Origin: a virus
Lineage: Duplodnaviria; Caudoviricetes
Virus record (IMG/VR): IMGVR_UViG_3300025087_000092
Location: 1-51,856 of that record
Length of the DNA stretch: 51,856 nucleotides
Strand: one strand, 5' to 3'
Numbering within the stretch: the first letter of the stretch is position 1; each line of letters begins with the position of its first letter. The notes under the pieces were generated by a model. The model was given only the letters and a program-made list of their open reading frames with translations. It ran no database searches and had not been told where the DNA came from. Both the position numbers and the translations under genes were made by a program. Below, piece after piece: positions 18,110-27,130 of this stretch.

Positions 18110-18580
18110 TTAAATTTCAGTTGATTCGTTGTCGTCAAGACCCTCGAATAAAAGCTCTTGTGCTCTGTCCCAAGCGGCTTTACTTGCTGCACTAAAGCGC
18201 TTGAATTCATCCATTTTACCTGCGGCTTTCGCCGCAAGTGCCTGTTTGCGAAACTCTTGACTATCCCGCATAAATCCAGCACTGCCCTTTTCTCTGCCGC
18301 GTGGGGCAGAGATGTCCATTAGCCAGTCATTAATGGACTTTTCAAATTCAGCAATGTTGCCATCCGCTTGTTTCCAGTGGTATTGGCAAAATTGATCCAT
18401 TGCATCATCAACAATTTCAGCAGCCTTGCTGGCACCGAATATACTGTTGATGTTGGCCAGACTGATGGCCAGGCGTGGATACGACCATTTTTCTCCACGC
18501 TTTGTTGATGCTGCATTTACATTGCAGTCATGCCCGTTAATGTTGAGAATGTTCGAACCGCTGAAACTCTTAATATTCAT
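18110..18580 (-). CDS. Hypothetical protein, first gene of the left arm
   Basis: SD-like AAAGAAAGGG before the ATG; directly downstream of a sigma54 promoter. Confidence 0.75.
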   Translation of the reverse strand: MNIKSFSGSNILNINGHDCNVNAASTKRGEKWSYPRLAISLANINSIFGASKAAEIVDDAMDQFCQYHWKQADGNIAEFEKSINDWLMDISAPRGREKGSAGFMRDSQEFRKQALAAKAAGKMDEFKRFSAASKAAWDRAQELLFEGLDDNESTEI

Positions 18581-18631
18581 CTACTGACCCTTTCTTTGTT
18601 TTACGAAGTTAACTAACTAGCTGCAAGCTAT

Positions 18632-18648
18632 AGCAATAATTGTGCCAA
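18632..18648 (-). promoter_or_regulatory. Sigma54 (-24/-12) promoter heading the left arm
   Basis: TTGGCACAATTATTGCT matches the consensus TGGCAC-N5-TTGCW. Confidence 0.88.
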
Positions 18649-19317
18649 GCATGCTTGCGAAAAATGTAGTGTGTTTTCGTGGCCCCATACTATGGGTAGC
18701 ATATAGCTACGCTTGTGGTATTACGCTCTCCGGAGCATATAGGGATAATTTATTATCATAGTTGAGAGTGCCATCCTATAGTATTTTATGGTTCCTACCA
18801 TATTCTCAAAACCGAGAATCGCGGAGCTTTAACGTTAACGCACAAGGAATTTCTCAAAAGTGATATATAGTAGCACCAAAATACACTAATTTAGCAGTTG
18901 ACACGTATCTATATGTCTATTTTTACTAGTTTTGACTTACGAAATAGGGTAATACAAGAGTATTAGTATGGTAAGTTCAAAGGATTAAACTATCCTCTGA
19001 CTTTCTTCACAATAATATACTTCGTCATTATCGTCATCAAGGAAGACACATCAAACAATGTAGCAGATAATGCACCTATTTTGTCTTGGACACACAGCAA
19101 AGGATAATGATATGGTTTTACTACACAACTATTTAAAGTGCTTTATGCAACTATGTTGTATAATGCAATTCATATTAACTGTATATAATTATTATATGTG
19201 GCTATGTGTAATTCATGTTGATTATATGTAGGGAAATCGCGATTTAATGAGTGCCCGGTATCCCCTATTGGTCTCTCTTAAAATATATATTATAACTTTT
19301 TCAAAATAATAAATTAT

Positions 19318-19353
19318 ATTTGATTTGGCATACAGATTTGATTTGGCATGCAG
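19318..19353 (+). repeat. 18-bp tandem duplication overlapping the late promoter
   Basis: ATTTGATTTGGCATACAG / ATTTGATTTGGCATGCAG (one mismatch). Confidence 0.9.
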
Positions 19354-19359
19354 AATGCT
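19343..19359 (+). promoter_or_regulatory. Sigma54 (-24/-12) promoter heading the structural arm
   Basis: TTGGCATGCAGAATGCT, GG-N10-GC, 15 nt before the terS ATG. Confidence 0.78.
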
Positions 19360-19374
19360 TCTTGTTAAAATTAT

Positions 19375-19773
19375 ATGAGTGAGAATATATTAGGCAATCA
19401 AGGATTGCAACTAAGGGCATTAATAAGGCAAGGCCTCAGCATTATTGAGGCAAGCCAGGCAATGGGAATTGATGAAGATGCAGCTAGACTAGCATTAGAT
19501 AGTAGTAGTAACAAATCATACACAGTAGATGAATTAATAGCCAAGCATAAACCACGAGTAGTAGAAATATTGATGCAAATTGCAGAATTAAGTGATAATG
19601 ATAATGCTCGTGTTAAAGCATGTCAAATACTATTAACTGGACAAGGAGAACTACCAGGCATGAACCTGGCCAAACTTAATGAACGATTTGAGAAAATGAA
19701 ACATGCCTTGAACATCATTGATACAGCAAGTGATACTGCTGCTAGTATAGTGGAACAAAAATTACTTGAATAG
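19375..19773 (+). CDS. terS: Putative terminase small subunit
   Basis: N-terminal HTH-like segment, DNARVKACQILL helix, position upstream of terL. Confidence 0.65.
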   Translation: MSENILGNQGLQLRALIRQGLSIIEASQAMGIDEDAARLALDSSSNKSYTVDELIAKHKPRVVEILMQIAELSDNDNARVKACQILLTGQGELPGMNLAKLNERFEKMKHALNIIDTASDTAASIVEQKLLE

Positions 19774-19777
19774 AATT

Positions 19778-21394
19778 ATGAGTGACTATCGAGAGTTTCC
19801 AGTTAAATTTGAATCACCAGTAGAATTATTAGCATTCTATGATGATGACATGAATAATGGTCAAATTAAATTGCATAACTGGCAAATTGATCGCATGAAA
19901 GTTTTTGGTAGAAATCGTAAAAATTCAGCAGATATAATTAAAGCAGCTTTATGTTCAGCTAATGGTGTTGGCAAATCACAATTTGTCCTTGCCCCTTGCG
20001 CGTGTTGGATGGCGATAACACATGTGGAAAGTCTCACAGTAATTACTACTGCATCCGGTGAACAACTTGATACACAAGATCAGCGGTATATAAGAAGACT
20101 TGGAGAAAAAATTAATTCAGTTCATCGTGAAGATTTAGGCGGCATGGATGTATTTAAATTAAATTACCGACAATTCTTCAATAATGTTACTGGTAGTTTT
20201 ATTGATATGTTTGCCACAGATGAACCTAAGAAAGCAGAAGGAAGACATCCTATCAGACCTAATGCAGAATTTGCTATAATTGTTGATGAAGCAAAAACAG
20301 TAAGTGATGATATATTTGGAGCCTTAGATCGTTGCACGGGTTTCACCCGTAAATATCTTATTTCTTCTCCAGGCGATAGTTCTGGTTATTTTTATGATAT
20401 AATGATTATGTCAGATAGTGGCTTTGATAAAAGAACTGTAACTGCATTTGAATGTAGTCATTTAAATAAAGATGACATAGCATGGAAAATTCGCAAATAT
20501 GGTCTCAATCATCCATTAATCAGATCAAGTATATTTGCAGAATTTGTGCATATAGGAGGAGCAGTAGTAATAAGTAGAGAATTATTAAAGAAATGTCAAG
20601 CATTACTTACACGCATTATTCATTTTGGTCCAATCCGTGCCGGCTTTGATATTTCAGCTGGCGGAGATGAGCAAGTAATTAGTATTTGGCATGGCAATGA
20701 AATGTTGGCTCAAATATGTTGGAATATTACAGATACTATTGAACTTGTTTATAAAGCTATTGAAGTATTTAAAGAGTGGAAAATAGATGCACGAAATATT
20801 TATGCTGATGATGGTGGATTAGGAAGAGCAGTTATTGATAATTTTCGTGAAAAAGGTTGGAATTTTAATAGAATAAATAATCAAAGCCGTGCTTATGATT
20901 ATATGCACTATGCAAATAGGGGTGCAGAATTATACTGGAATTTTCGCAGATTTGTTGAGGAAAAACAAGTAAAAATAATTGATGACGGAATACTTTTTAA
21001 TCAACTTACTACTCGTCAGACTCGTCAACAACAAGCAACAGGTAAAATATTATTAGAAAGTAAAGCAGAAGCAAAGAAACATGGTAGGCCATCACCTGAT
21101 AGAGCAGACGCCTGCGTTCTTGCATGGGTTCCGTATATATTTCCTGTTGATGCTTTACAGCATAATGCTGATGATAAAAATGATAGAACTACACATTGTC
21201 AAGCAATAACAGCAGAAGAATTAATAGCATTATTTGATACTGAACTAAGAATGAATTATCAAGCTGGCATGAATAATGCTAATAATAATGTTGTAGATGG
21301 ACGATATATCAAAAATGATAATTTCGTCAGCAATTATAAAACATTAATGGAGAAATTAAATGAAAGATCAAAAATTTTCAGAAGATATGAATAA
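19778..21394 (+). CDS. terL: Terminase large subunit
   Basis: ANGVGKS, IIVDEA, ISSPG, AGFDIS..GDE, SPDRADA; ATG 19778 preferred over TTG 19766. Confidence 0.93.
   Translation: MSDYREFPVKFESPVELLAFYDDDMNNGQIKLHNWQIDRMKVFGRNRKNSADIIKAALCSANGVGKSQFVLAPCACWMAITHVESLTVITTASGEQLDTQDQRYIRRLGEKINSVHREDLGGMDVFKLNYRQFFNNVTGSFIDMFATDEPKKAEGRHPIRPNAEFAIIVDEAKTVSDDIFGALDRCTGFTRKYLISSPGDSSGYFYDIMIMSDSGFDKRTVTAFECSHLNKDDIAWKIRKYGLNHPLIRSSIFAEFVHIGGAVVISRELLKKCQALLTRIIHFGPIRAGFDISAGGDEQVISIWHGNEMLAQICWNITDTIELVYKAIEVFKEWKIDARNIYADDGGLGRAVIDNFREKGWNFNRINNQSRAYDYMHYANRGAELYWNFRRFVEEKQVKIIDDGILFNQLTTRQTRQQQATGKILLESKAEAKKHGRPSPDRADACVLAWVPYIFPVDALQHNADDKNDRTTHCQAITAEELIALFDTELRMNYQAGMNNANNNVVDGRYIKNDNFVSNYKTLMEKLNERSKIFRRYE
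21264..21280 (+). promoter_or_regulatory. Candidate internal sigma54 promoter in the terL 3' end
   Basis: CTGGCATGAATAATGCT, same TGGCAT-N5-ATGCT type as the other late sites; 80-110 nt before the next ORF. Confidence 0.5.
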
Positions 21395-21632
21395 ATCATT
21401 TGGCCGGCCTCGTAAATTATTCAAGACAAATAAGCCGGTTACTAATATTCCAATTGAACCTGAAAACGCAATGAAGGATGAAACTATGGAAGAAATGCCT
21501 ATGATGGAAACTGAAGAATCTCCTATTGCATTAACTATTAATAGTTGGAGTGAGGAAGAACAACGAGAAGCATATGAATTACTCGCAAAGAAATTTACAC
21601 CAGTTATTGATGAAGCAGAACTTGAAGGTTAA
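21360..21632 (+). CDS. Hypothetical acidic protein with GRPRK (AT-hook-like) motif; start may be 21387
   Basis: Lies between terL and the portal gene. Confidence 0.65.
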   Translation: MKDQKFSEDMNKSFGRPRKLFKTNKPVTNIPIEPENAMKDETMEEMPMMETEESPIALTINSWSEEEQREAYELLAKKFTPVIDEAELEG

Positions 21633-21639
21633 ATAATAT

Positions 21640-23466
21640 ATGGAAATTCTTGAAAAAGATTACAAGGATTTTAAGCTAGCAGATACTGTTCTCCTCAAGT
21701 TAACTAAAAATTGGGAGAATAGTATAAAATCTGACACAGATCATAATAGGCGCGAACGGTATGTTCGTAATTTTCGTCCTGATGATTTGCGTGCTCAAGG
21801 TTTGCTAAAGCAAGATGAAACTTTCATAGCATTAAAAATTGTAGATAGCAATATACGTATAGAGCAACCACAATATATTGCATATTTAACACAAAGTCGC
21901 AGGGCAGCAGTTTTTACATCTCCAACTAATGATACAATAGCTGGTCTTGAACAGCTTGAAATTGATTTTACAAATCGTGCTCGCTACAATGCATGGGAAA
22001 AACCATTTTTGCGTGTAGTTGATGGTTGTCAAATGCATGGTTGGGATTCAATTGAAGTTGTTTTTGATCCAGGAATGCCAGGTAATTTTGCAATTGAACA
22101 TGTGGGTCGTGATAATCTTTGTTTTAGTAAAGATGCAGAAGAATTAGAAGCGCAGGAAATCATTGCACGTAAATTCAGTTTAACTGCGCTTCAATTACGT
22201 GAATTTGTTAAGAATTATAATTTTAATTCCACTGAAGTTGAAAAACTTATCACAGCCGATAAAACAAAAACATCAAGAGACGCAGAAGAATACGATATAA
22301 TTAGTATTGTATATAAAGTATTTTTCAAACAAGATGACTTTGTTTGGGTTGGATGGTGGGCGGAAGGTTTAAATGATTGGCTAAAAGCTCCAGAAAAATT
22401 GTATTTAGGCATGCATGACATTCTTCAGCAAAAAGTTGAAGTTGGTGCTGTTGATATGTTTCAACAACCTGTGCTTGATTATCCACCAATGTATGAAAAG
22501 AGTTATCCATTTTATTTACTACCATACATTGAAAGTGAAAATCCAGTAATTACTAAATTAGTGGGCAGATTATTCCTCGATTATCCTGTGCAAGAAGCAT
22601 GCAGCACTATCATAAGCGCTTTTGTAAATGGTTGCACAAGAGCCTCAAATGTCTATGGTGCACCGGCAGTTGAGAATCTTCAAAATCCTCGTAATGAACC
22701 ACCAAAACAAACTAATGTGGTTCTTAAAAATGGTGCTATATATGATCAGCCAATGAATTTTACTCACATGCCATGGCCTGATAGAGTAGCTGTTTTTGGT
22801 ATTGATTATTTAATTCGTCAAAATAAGCAGGAAGGTTCGCAAATTAACTATGCAGCTTTAACTAGACCTGATACCGAAAAAACAGCAACAGAGTTAAAGC
22901 TTGCTACTAAAGAAGCTGAAAAATTATCCACAGTAAATGTAACATTATTGAGTATTTTTATTCGTGGTGTATATACTCGTTGTTGGATAATTTATCAAAA
23001 TCGTGTTTTGCAAGGTAAAATAGACATCAAGCCTACCTTATTGCCACTTTTTGGTGAAATTGATGAAGCTAGTGGACAAGTGCTTGCTGTTGCAAATTAT
23101 GTTATTAAATCTGCCGGCGATGTTGACGTAGTTCAACGTGCAGAAAAACTTGTTCGGCAAATGCAGTTTTGGCCGGTGGTTTCCAAAACTGCGCTTGCAA
23201 TGGAATTTCTTAAAGATATTATTCGTAATGCATTTCCAGAAGATGCAGAACGTTATTGTGGAATTCTTGATGAAGCAAAGATGCAAGGAGAAGAATATCT
23301 TAAAGCACTAGTGGGTAAATTAGCATCATTACTTAAAGAAGCTATAATAACTCCTGAAGGACAAATACGTCCAGAATTTGCACAATATGCTCCGCAGTTA
23401 CAACAATTAAATGCTGAAGTAAATGCAGTATTAGCACAACAACCTTCAGGAGAAACTAATGATTGA
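21640..23466 (+). CDS. Portal protein (P22-like)
   Basis: 608 aa downstream of terL; KTATE motif; Gln-rich helical C-terminus. Confidence 0.75.
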   Translation: MEILEKDYKDFKLADTVLLKLTKNWENSIKSDTDHNRRERYVRNFRPDDLRAQGLLKQDETFIALKIVDSNIRIEQPQYIAYLTQSRRAAVFTSPTNDTIAGLEQLEIDFTNRARYNAWEKPFLRVVDGCQMHGWDSIEVVFDPGMPGNFAIEHVGRDNLCFSKDAEELEAQEIIARKFSLTALQLREFVKNYNFNSTEVEKLITADKTKTSRDAEEYDIISIVYKVFFKQDDFVWVGWWAEGLNDWLKAPEKLYLGMHDILQQKVEVGAVDMFQQPVLDYPPMYEKSYPFYLLPYIESENPVITKLVGRLFLDYPVQEACSTIISAFVNGCTRASNVYGAPAVENLQNPRNEPPKQTNVVLKNGAIYDQPMNFTHMPWPDRVAVFGIDYLIRQNKQEGSQINYAALTRPDTEKTATELKLATKEAEKLSTVNVTLLSIFIRGVYTRCWIIYQNRVLQGKIDIKPTLLPLFGEIDEASGQVLAVANYVIKSAGDVDVVQRAEKLVRQMQFWPVVSKTALAMEFLKDIIRNAFPEDAERYCGILDEAKMQGEEYLKALVGKLASLLKEAIITPEGQIRPEFAQYAPQLQQLNAEVNAVLAQQPSGETND

Positions 23467-23711
23467 ACATACAAATCCAAGACGAAAGATTGGAACTATT
23501 CCGTCAAGAATGGTTAAAAAATTCATTAACGATAAACTTACTAACGCAGTTGAATCAGGAGGAAATAAAATTAAGAAAAAATCTATTTGCAGCAAGTCGA
23601 CTAAATAATGCACATTGTATTAGTATAATAATAACAGAACTAGAATTATTAGATAATTTGAAAGAATTCATATATGGACGAAGAACCAAATCAATCGCAG
23701 GCACCAATTAA
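23463..23711 (+). CDS. Small helical protein after the portal gene
   Basis: Overlaps the portal stop; typical position in podoviral head modules. Confidence 0.5.
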   Translation: MNIQIQDERLELFRQEWLKNSLTINLLTQLNQEEIKLRKNLFAASRLNNAHCISIIITELELLDNLKEFIYGRRTKSIAGTN

Positions 23712-24759
23712 TATTACAACATCAGAAGGAACTATAAAAGAGGATGTAAATAATGCTGAGCCAATTGCTGAACCAGTGGCCGCTGATAGTAGTGATCATT
23801 TTACTTTTGATGATTTTGATTCTGGAATTACAGACAAGAAACCTTTACAGAAAGATTCTACGGACGCACAACATGATATTGGAGAATTACAGAAACAAGA
23901 TCAAACATTAGTTCCTCCGAAACGTGATTATAGTAAGTTTGATCCTGAAGATGCAAAAATTCTTAAAACATTACATAATCGTGCTTTTGATTATTTTTCA
24001 AAAAGGTTACTTTCAGTTAAACAAACTGAGCAAGAAAAGCAAGAAGCATTAGCACAAGTTAAGCAAGTTACCGAACAAGCACAAGGTAAAATACTCCCTT
24101 CCGCCTGGTATGAACATCCTGATGCTTATATGCTTGCCCCTGATTATCAAGCATTAAATCAAAAGTATGATAAAATTTCGTTTGAATCTGATCATTGGCA
24201 AGAACAATTAATTGCTATTAAAGAAGGTCGTCAATGGACGAGACTACTTGGCTATAATAGACAATCAGGTCAACCAGTATTTAGCGATCCAATTGATCCA
24301 TCTCCATCAGCAGAAATTGGTGTGCTTAACGCTTTTAATTCGATGGAGACTGCAAAGCAACAAATTCAGTCTGAAGCGCTTAAATTGCAAACAGAATTTA
24401 AAGACCAGTATCAGCAAGGCTCCACTTTTATTGATCAAGCACTTGAAAAGAATATAGTTAAACTCATGCCTGAATTAAAACCGCGCAAAGAACAACTTGA
24501 TGCATTTAGTCAACTTATGCCAAAAGTTTATATAGGGCATCCATTACTTAAATTAGCTGCAAATCTATTTGCTATTGCAACAAATCAAGCAAATGTTATT
24601 AGTAGTTTACGTGGTGGAGTTAATTCTCAGGCAGCTATTCAACAGGATAAACGTCGTGCTGGTCCTGGTGCAATTAAGACAGTGGGTGGCGCTGGAAAAA
24701 CTGATAATAATAGTGAGGTAATTGATTTCGAGAGTATAGATAAGGAGTTTAATAGTTAA
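23674..24759 (+). CDS. Putative capsid scaffolding protein
   Basis: Acidic disordered N-terminus, coiled coils, position upstream of the MCP gene. Confidence 0.65.
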   Translation: MDEEPNQSQAPINITTSEGTIKEDVNNAEPIAEPVAADSSDHFTFDDFDSGITDKKPLQKDSTDAQHDIGELQKQDQTLVPPKRDYSKFDPEDAKILKTLHNRAFDYFSKRLLSVKQTEQEKQEALAQVKQVTEQAQGKILPSAWYEHPDAYMLAPDYQALNQKYDKISFESDHWQEQLIAIKEGRQWTRLLGYNRQSGQPVFSDPIDPSPSAEIGVLNAFNSMETAKQQIQSEALKLQTEFKDQYQQGSTFIDQALEKNIVKLMPELKPRKEQLDAFSQLMPKVYIGHPLLKLAANLFAIATNQANVISSLRGGVNSQAAIQQDKRRAGPGAIKTVGGAGKTDNNSEVIDFESIDKEFNS

Positions 24760-24763
24760 ATTT

Positions 24764-24780
24764 TTGGCATAATATATGCT
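24764..24780 (+). promoter_or_regulatory. Sigma54 (-24/-12) promoter for the capsid operon
   Basis: TTGGCATAATATATGCT, GG-N10-GC, intergenic. Confidence 0.75.
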
Positions 24781-24936
24781 TTAATTGTTTCAGTGACTAA
24801 TTGTAGCTATAAAGTAGCAAGTTAGTTCGCCTGCCAATGGCTGGTGTATTGCTTCTGTTTAGTGAAGGGCATCACTGGTTAACTTGCTAGCACCTTAGTT
24901 TAGCAATTAATTAATGATAACAGAAGGTAAAACAGT

Positions 24937-26214
24937 ATGCCAGTTCAATATGATCTTCCGGAGTATTTTGCTCCAGCATCCCTTGAGGATGTAAATAAAT
25001 ATAATAGACTTCCGTATTACTTGGCTATGGTAGAAGCCAAGTATTTTCCAGAGTGGCAAGTGTTTAATTCATTATTTGGTAAGTTAACATGGCAACCAAA
25101 TATGGGTTCAACTTTGCGTTCAGTTCGTGCTGAACCAACGCCAGTTGGACAACAGCAATTCTTTCCTGTGGATATAGATCATACTCCACAGAAAAACGTG
25201 TATGAAACGTTGGAATTCATTCAGGATACCAACCTTAAAATGCACGATTATGATAGCAAGCAGTTTCATTTCTTGCCTTCGTTTCAAGATTTTCGCGAAA
25301 ATCAACTGGATTTCAATCATAAGGATATTGTGCGTCAAATTGCTATTTCTAATGATATATTTATTAGTAGTGTTTTGATGCAAAAAACTCCTATGGGAAT
25401 TCTTAGCGGAAATCTTGGTGGCGGTCCTGTGCAACCAATGCCAATTGTTCCTAATGGAACTTCTATTACGGCAGCTAGTGTTGCTGCGTCGGGTAAAAAT
25501 ACTGCATTCTTTATTAATACTGCTGCAAATATTAGTAAAGGTCTTACACTTGCTTGCCTTGATTATGCAGTTTGTGCATTACGTGATGATATGGGTGCAC
25601 CCTTCTTTGAAGGAACTATTAATACTCCACGTGATAATGAACTTATTAAAGGCAAATATGTTTTGCTCACAAGTAGCGAAGCTTGGCAAATGTTCAAATA
25701 CGATCCAAACTTCCAGCAATTTCGTAATGTTAATTTGAATGTTGTTACTGATGGATTTCGTGGTTCAATTTTTGATGAAGTTACCACAAAAATTCTTCGG
25801 TATCCGTTCCGTTTTGCTGATGATGGAACTGTTCCAGCGCCTGAAATATATGATGCTGTAACAGGTTTAACTGTTAGGAATCCAGCATATACTGCGGCAC
25901 CTAATGAAATTGCTTGGCTTACTGGTGCTGATGTGCTCAAAACTATTAAAGTTGGCCCGCCTCCTCGTGCATTTGCGGCAAAATCTATGGCACGTGAAAA
26001 GTTTTATTCTATGCGATGGAATGGAGAAGTTCAGTTGACAGATCAAGTTCTCGTTCAATATCTTGATCCTGGAACTGGAACCATTGTTTATGATACGAAT
26101 GTTCGTGGTCGTTTGCTTAAATTAATTGGTAGCGTTATTTATGGTGCAATTCCTGTTTGCCCACATAATTGTTTTCCAATTGCTTTTAAGCGTCAACGTC
26201 CACAAATTGTTTAA
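24937..26214 (+). CDS. Major capsid protein
   Basis: 425 aa following the scaffold gene, dedicated promoter and leader, SD-like GAAGG; assignment mostly by synteny. Confidence 0.75.
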   Translation: MPVQYDLPEYFAPASLEDVNKYNRLPYYLAMVEAKYFPEWQVFNSLFGKLTWQPNMGSTLRSVRAEPTPVGQQQFFPVDIDHTPQKNVYETLEFIQDTNLKMHDYDSKQFHFLPSFQDFRENQLDFNHKDIVRQIAISNDIFISSVLMQKTPMGILSGNLGGGPVQPMPIVPNGTSITAASVAASGKNTAFFINTAANISKGLTLACLDYAVCALRDDMGAPFFEGTINTPRDNELIKGKYVLLTSSEAWQMFKYDPNFQQFRNVNLNVVTDGFRGSIFDEVTTKILRYPFRFADDGTVPAPEIYDAVTGLTVRNPAYTAAPNEIAWLTGADVLKTIKVGPPPRAFAAKSMAREKFYSMRWNGEVQLTDQVLVQYLDPGTGTIVYDTNVRGRLLKLIGSVIYGAIPVCPHNCFPIAFKRQRPQIV

Positions 26215-26238
26215 TTTAAAAAAAGGAAGAAAAATAAT

Positions 26239-26733
26239 ATGAAAAAATTTCTACTTGCTTTAACAATGTTTGCGGTTGTTAGTATTCAAGCTGCAACATA
26301 TACTGCCAGTATTACTGGTGGTTTAACAAATGTGCCTGTGGCAGGTTCATGCAGTATTTATCTCATTTCACTTGAAAATACTGATACTAATCAATCTTGT
26401 GTTACCAAGATTTGGGATGCAAATGCTAGTGGTGTTATTTGGACTAATGCCGCATTTACAACGTATTGGATGTATTTGACTAATTTGGTTACAAAATATA
26501 CGAACATTCTTGGTAATATTGAAACTAACACAAATAGTGCTATGTATTCAACTACAAGAATTGTTGCGGCATCAACTAATACGTTTCCATTATTGATTTC
26601 TGCAATAGTTCCAGCAGGAGGTTCAATAACATATCAGCCGGCATATCCATATAGTGCATGGCGCGGCATATACATGACAAATGCGGATGTAACTAACTTA
26701 AATGTTAGTATAACATATTCAACTTCATTCTAG
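26239..26733 (+). CDS. Signal-peptide-bearing TN-rich protein (possible decoration or exported protein)
   Basis: MKKFLLALTMFAVVSIQA-A Sec-type signal; 10 TN dipeptides in 164 aa. Confidence 0.7.
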   Translation: MKKFLLALTMFAVVSIQAATYTASITGGLTNVPVAGSCSIYLISLENTDTNQSCVTKIWDANASGVIWTNAAFTTYWMYLTNLVTKYTNILGNIETNTNSAMYSTTRIVAASTNTFPLLISAIVPAGGSITYQPAYPYSAWRGIYMTNADVTNLNVSITYSTSF

Positions 26734-26749
26734 TAGTAACAATTAACCG

Positions 26750-26773
26750 GGGGCCAGCTTAAAAACTGGCCCC
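26750..26773 (+). terminator. GC-rich hairpin after the capsid operon (weak U-tract)
   Basis: GGGGCCAG-N8-CTGGCCCC. Confidence 0.55.
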
Positions 26774-26782
26774 AAAATTTAT

Positions 26783-27127
26783 ATGCCTATCCCAACTAGA
26801 AATCCTCTTGCAAAACGCACTGTTTTTCCACCTGTTCTTATTAATAATGCTGGTGCGGCGACAACTACAATTTTTGATTCGGCTGTTGATGGTCCATTGG
26901 GACAGGTAGTTATTCAAAATTGTGGTGTTGCTCCGATTAAATATGCTTTTAATACATCTGCATCTGATGTTGTTTTTCATGGTGTATTAGCTGCTTGCGG
27001 CACTGTTGATGATGGACTTGGTTCTCTTGTTAGTATTACTGATGAAGCTAGTATAGTTTCAATTTCAATTTATGGCGCGGCTGCGCATAGAGCTGCTATT
27101 TCAAAATTTATTGCTAGGAATAATTAA
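26783..27127 (+). CDS. Hypothetical beta-rich virion protein
   Basis: 114-aa ORF in the structural operon. Confidence 0.6.
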   Translation: MPIPTRNPLAKRTVFPPVLINNAGAATTTIFDSAVDGPLGQVVIQNCGVAPIKYAFNTSASDVVFHGVLAACGTVDDGLGSLVSITDEASIVSISIYGAAAHRAAISKFIARNN

Positions 27128-27130
27128 TAT

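Noticed and set aside
18898-18930. TTGACA sigma70 -35 hexamer
   Set aside because: No acceptable -10 at 16-18 nt spacing.
18660-19310. tRNA or small genes in the central intergenic region
   Set aside because: No cloverleaf or T-loop GTTCRA; only very short ORFs without support.
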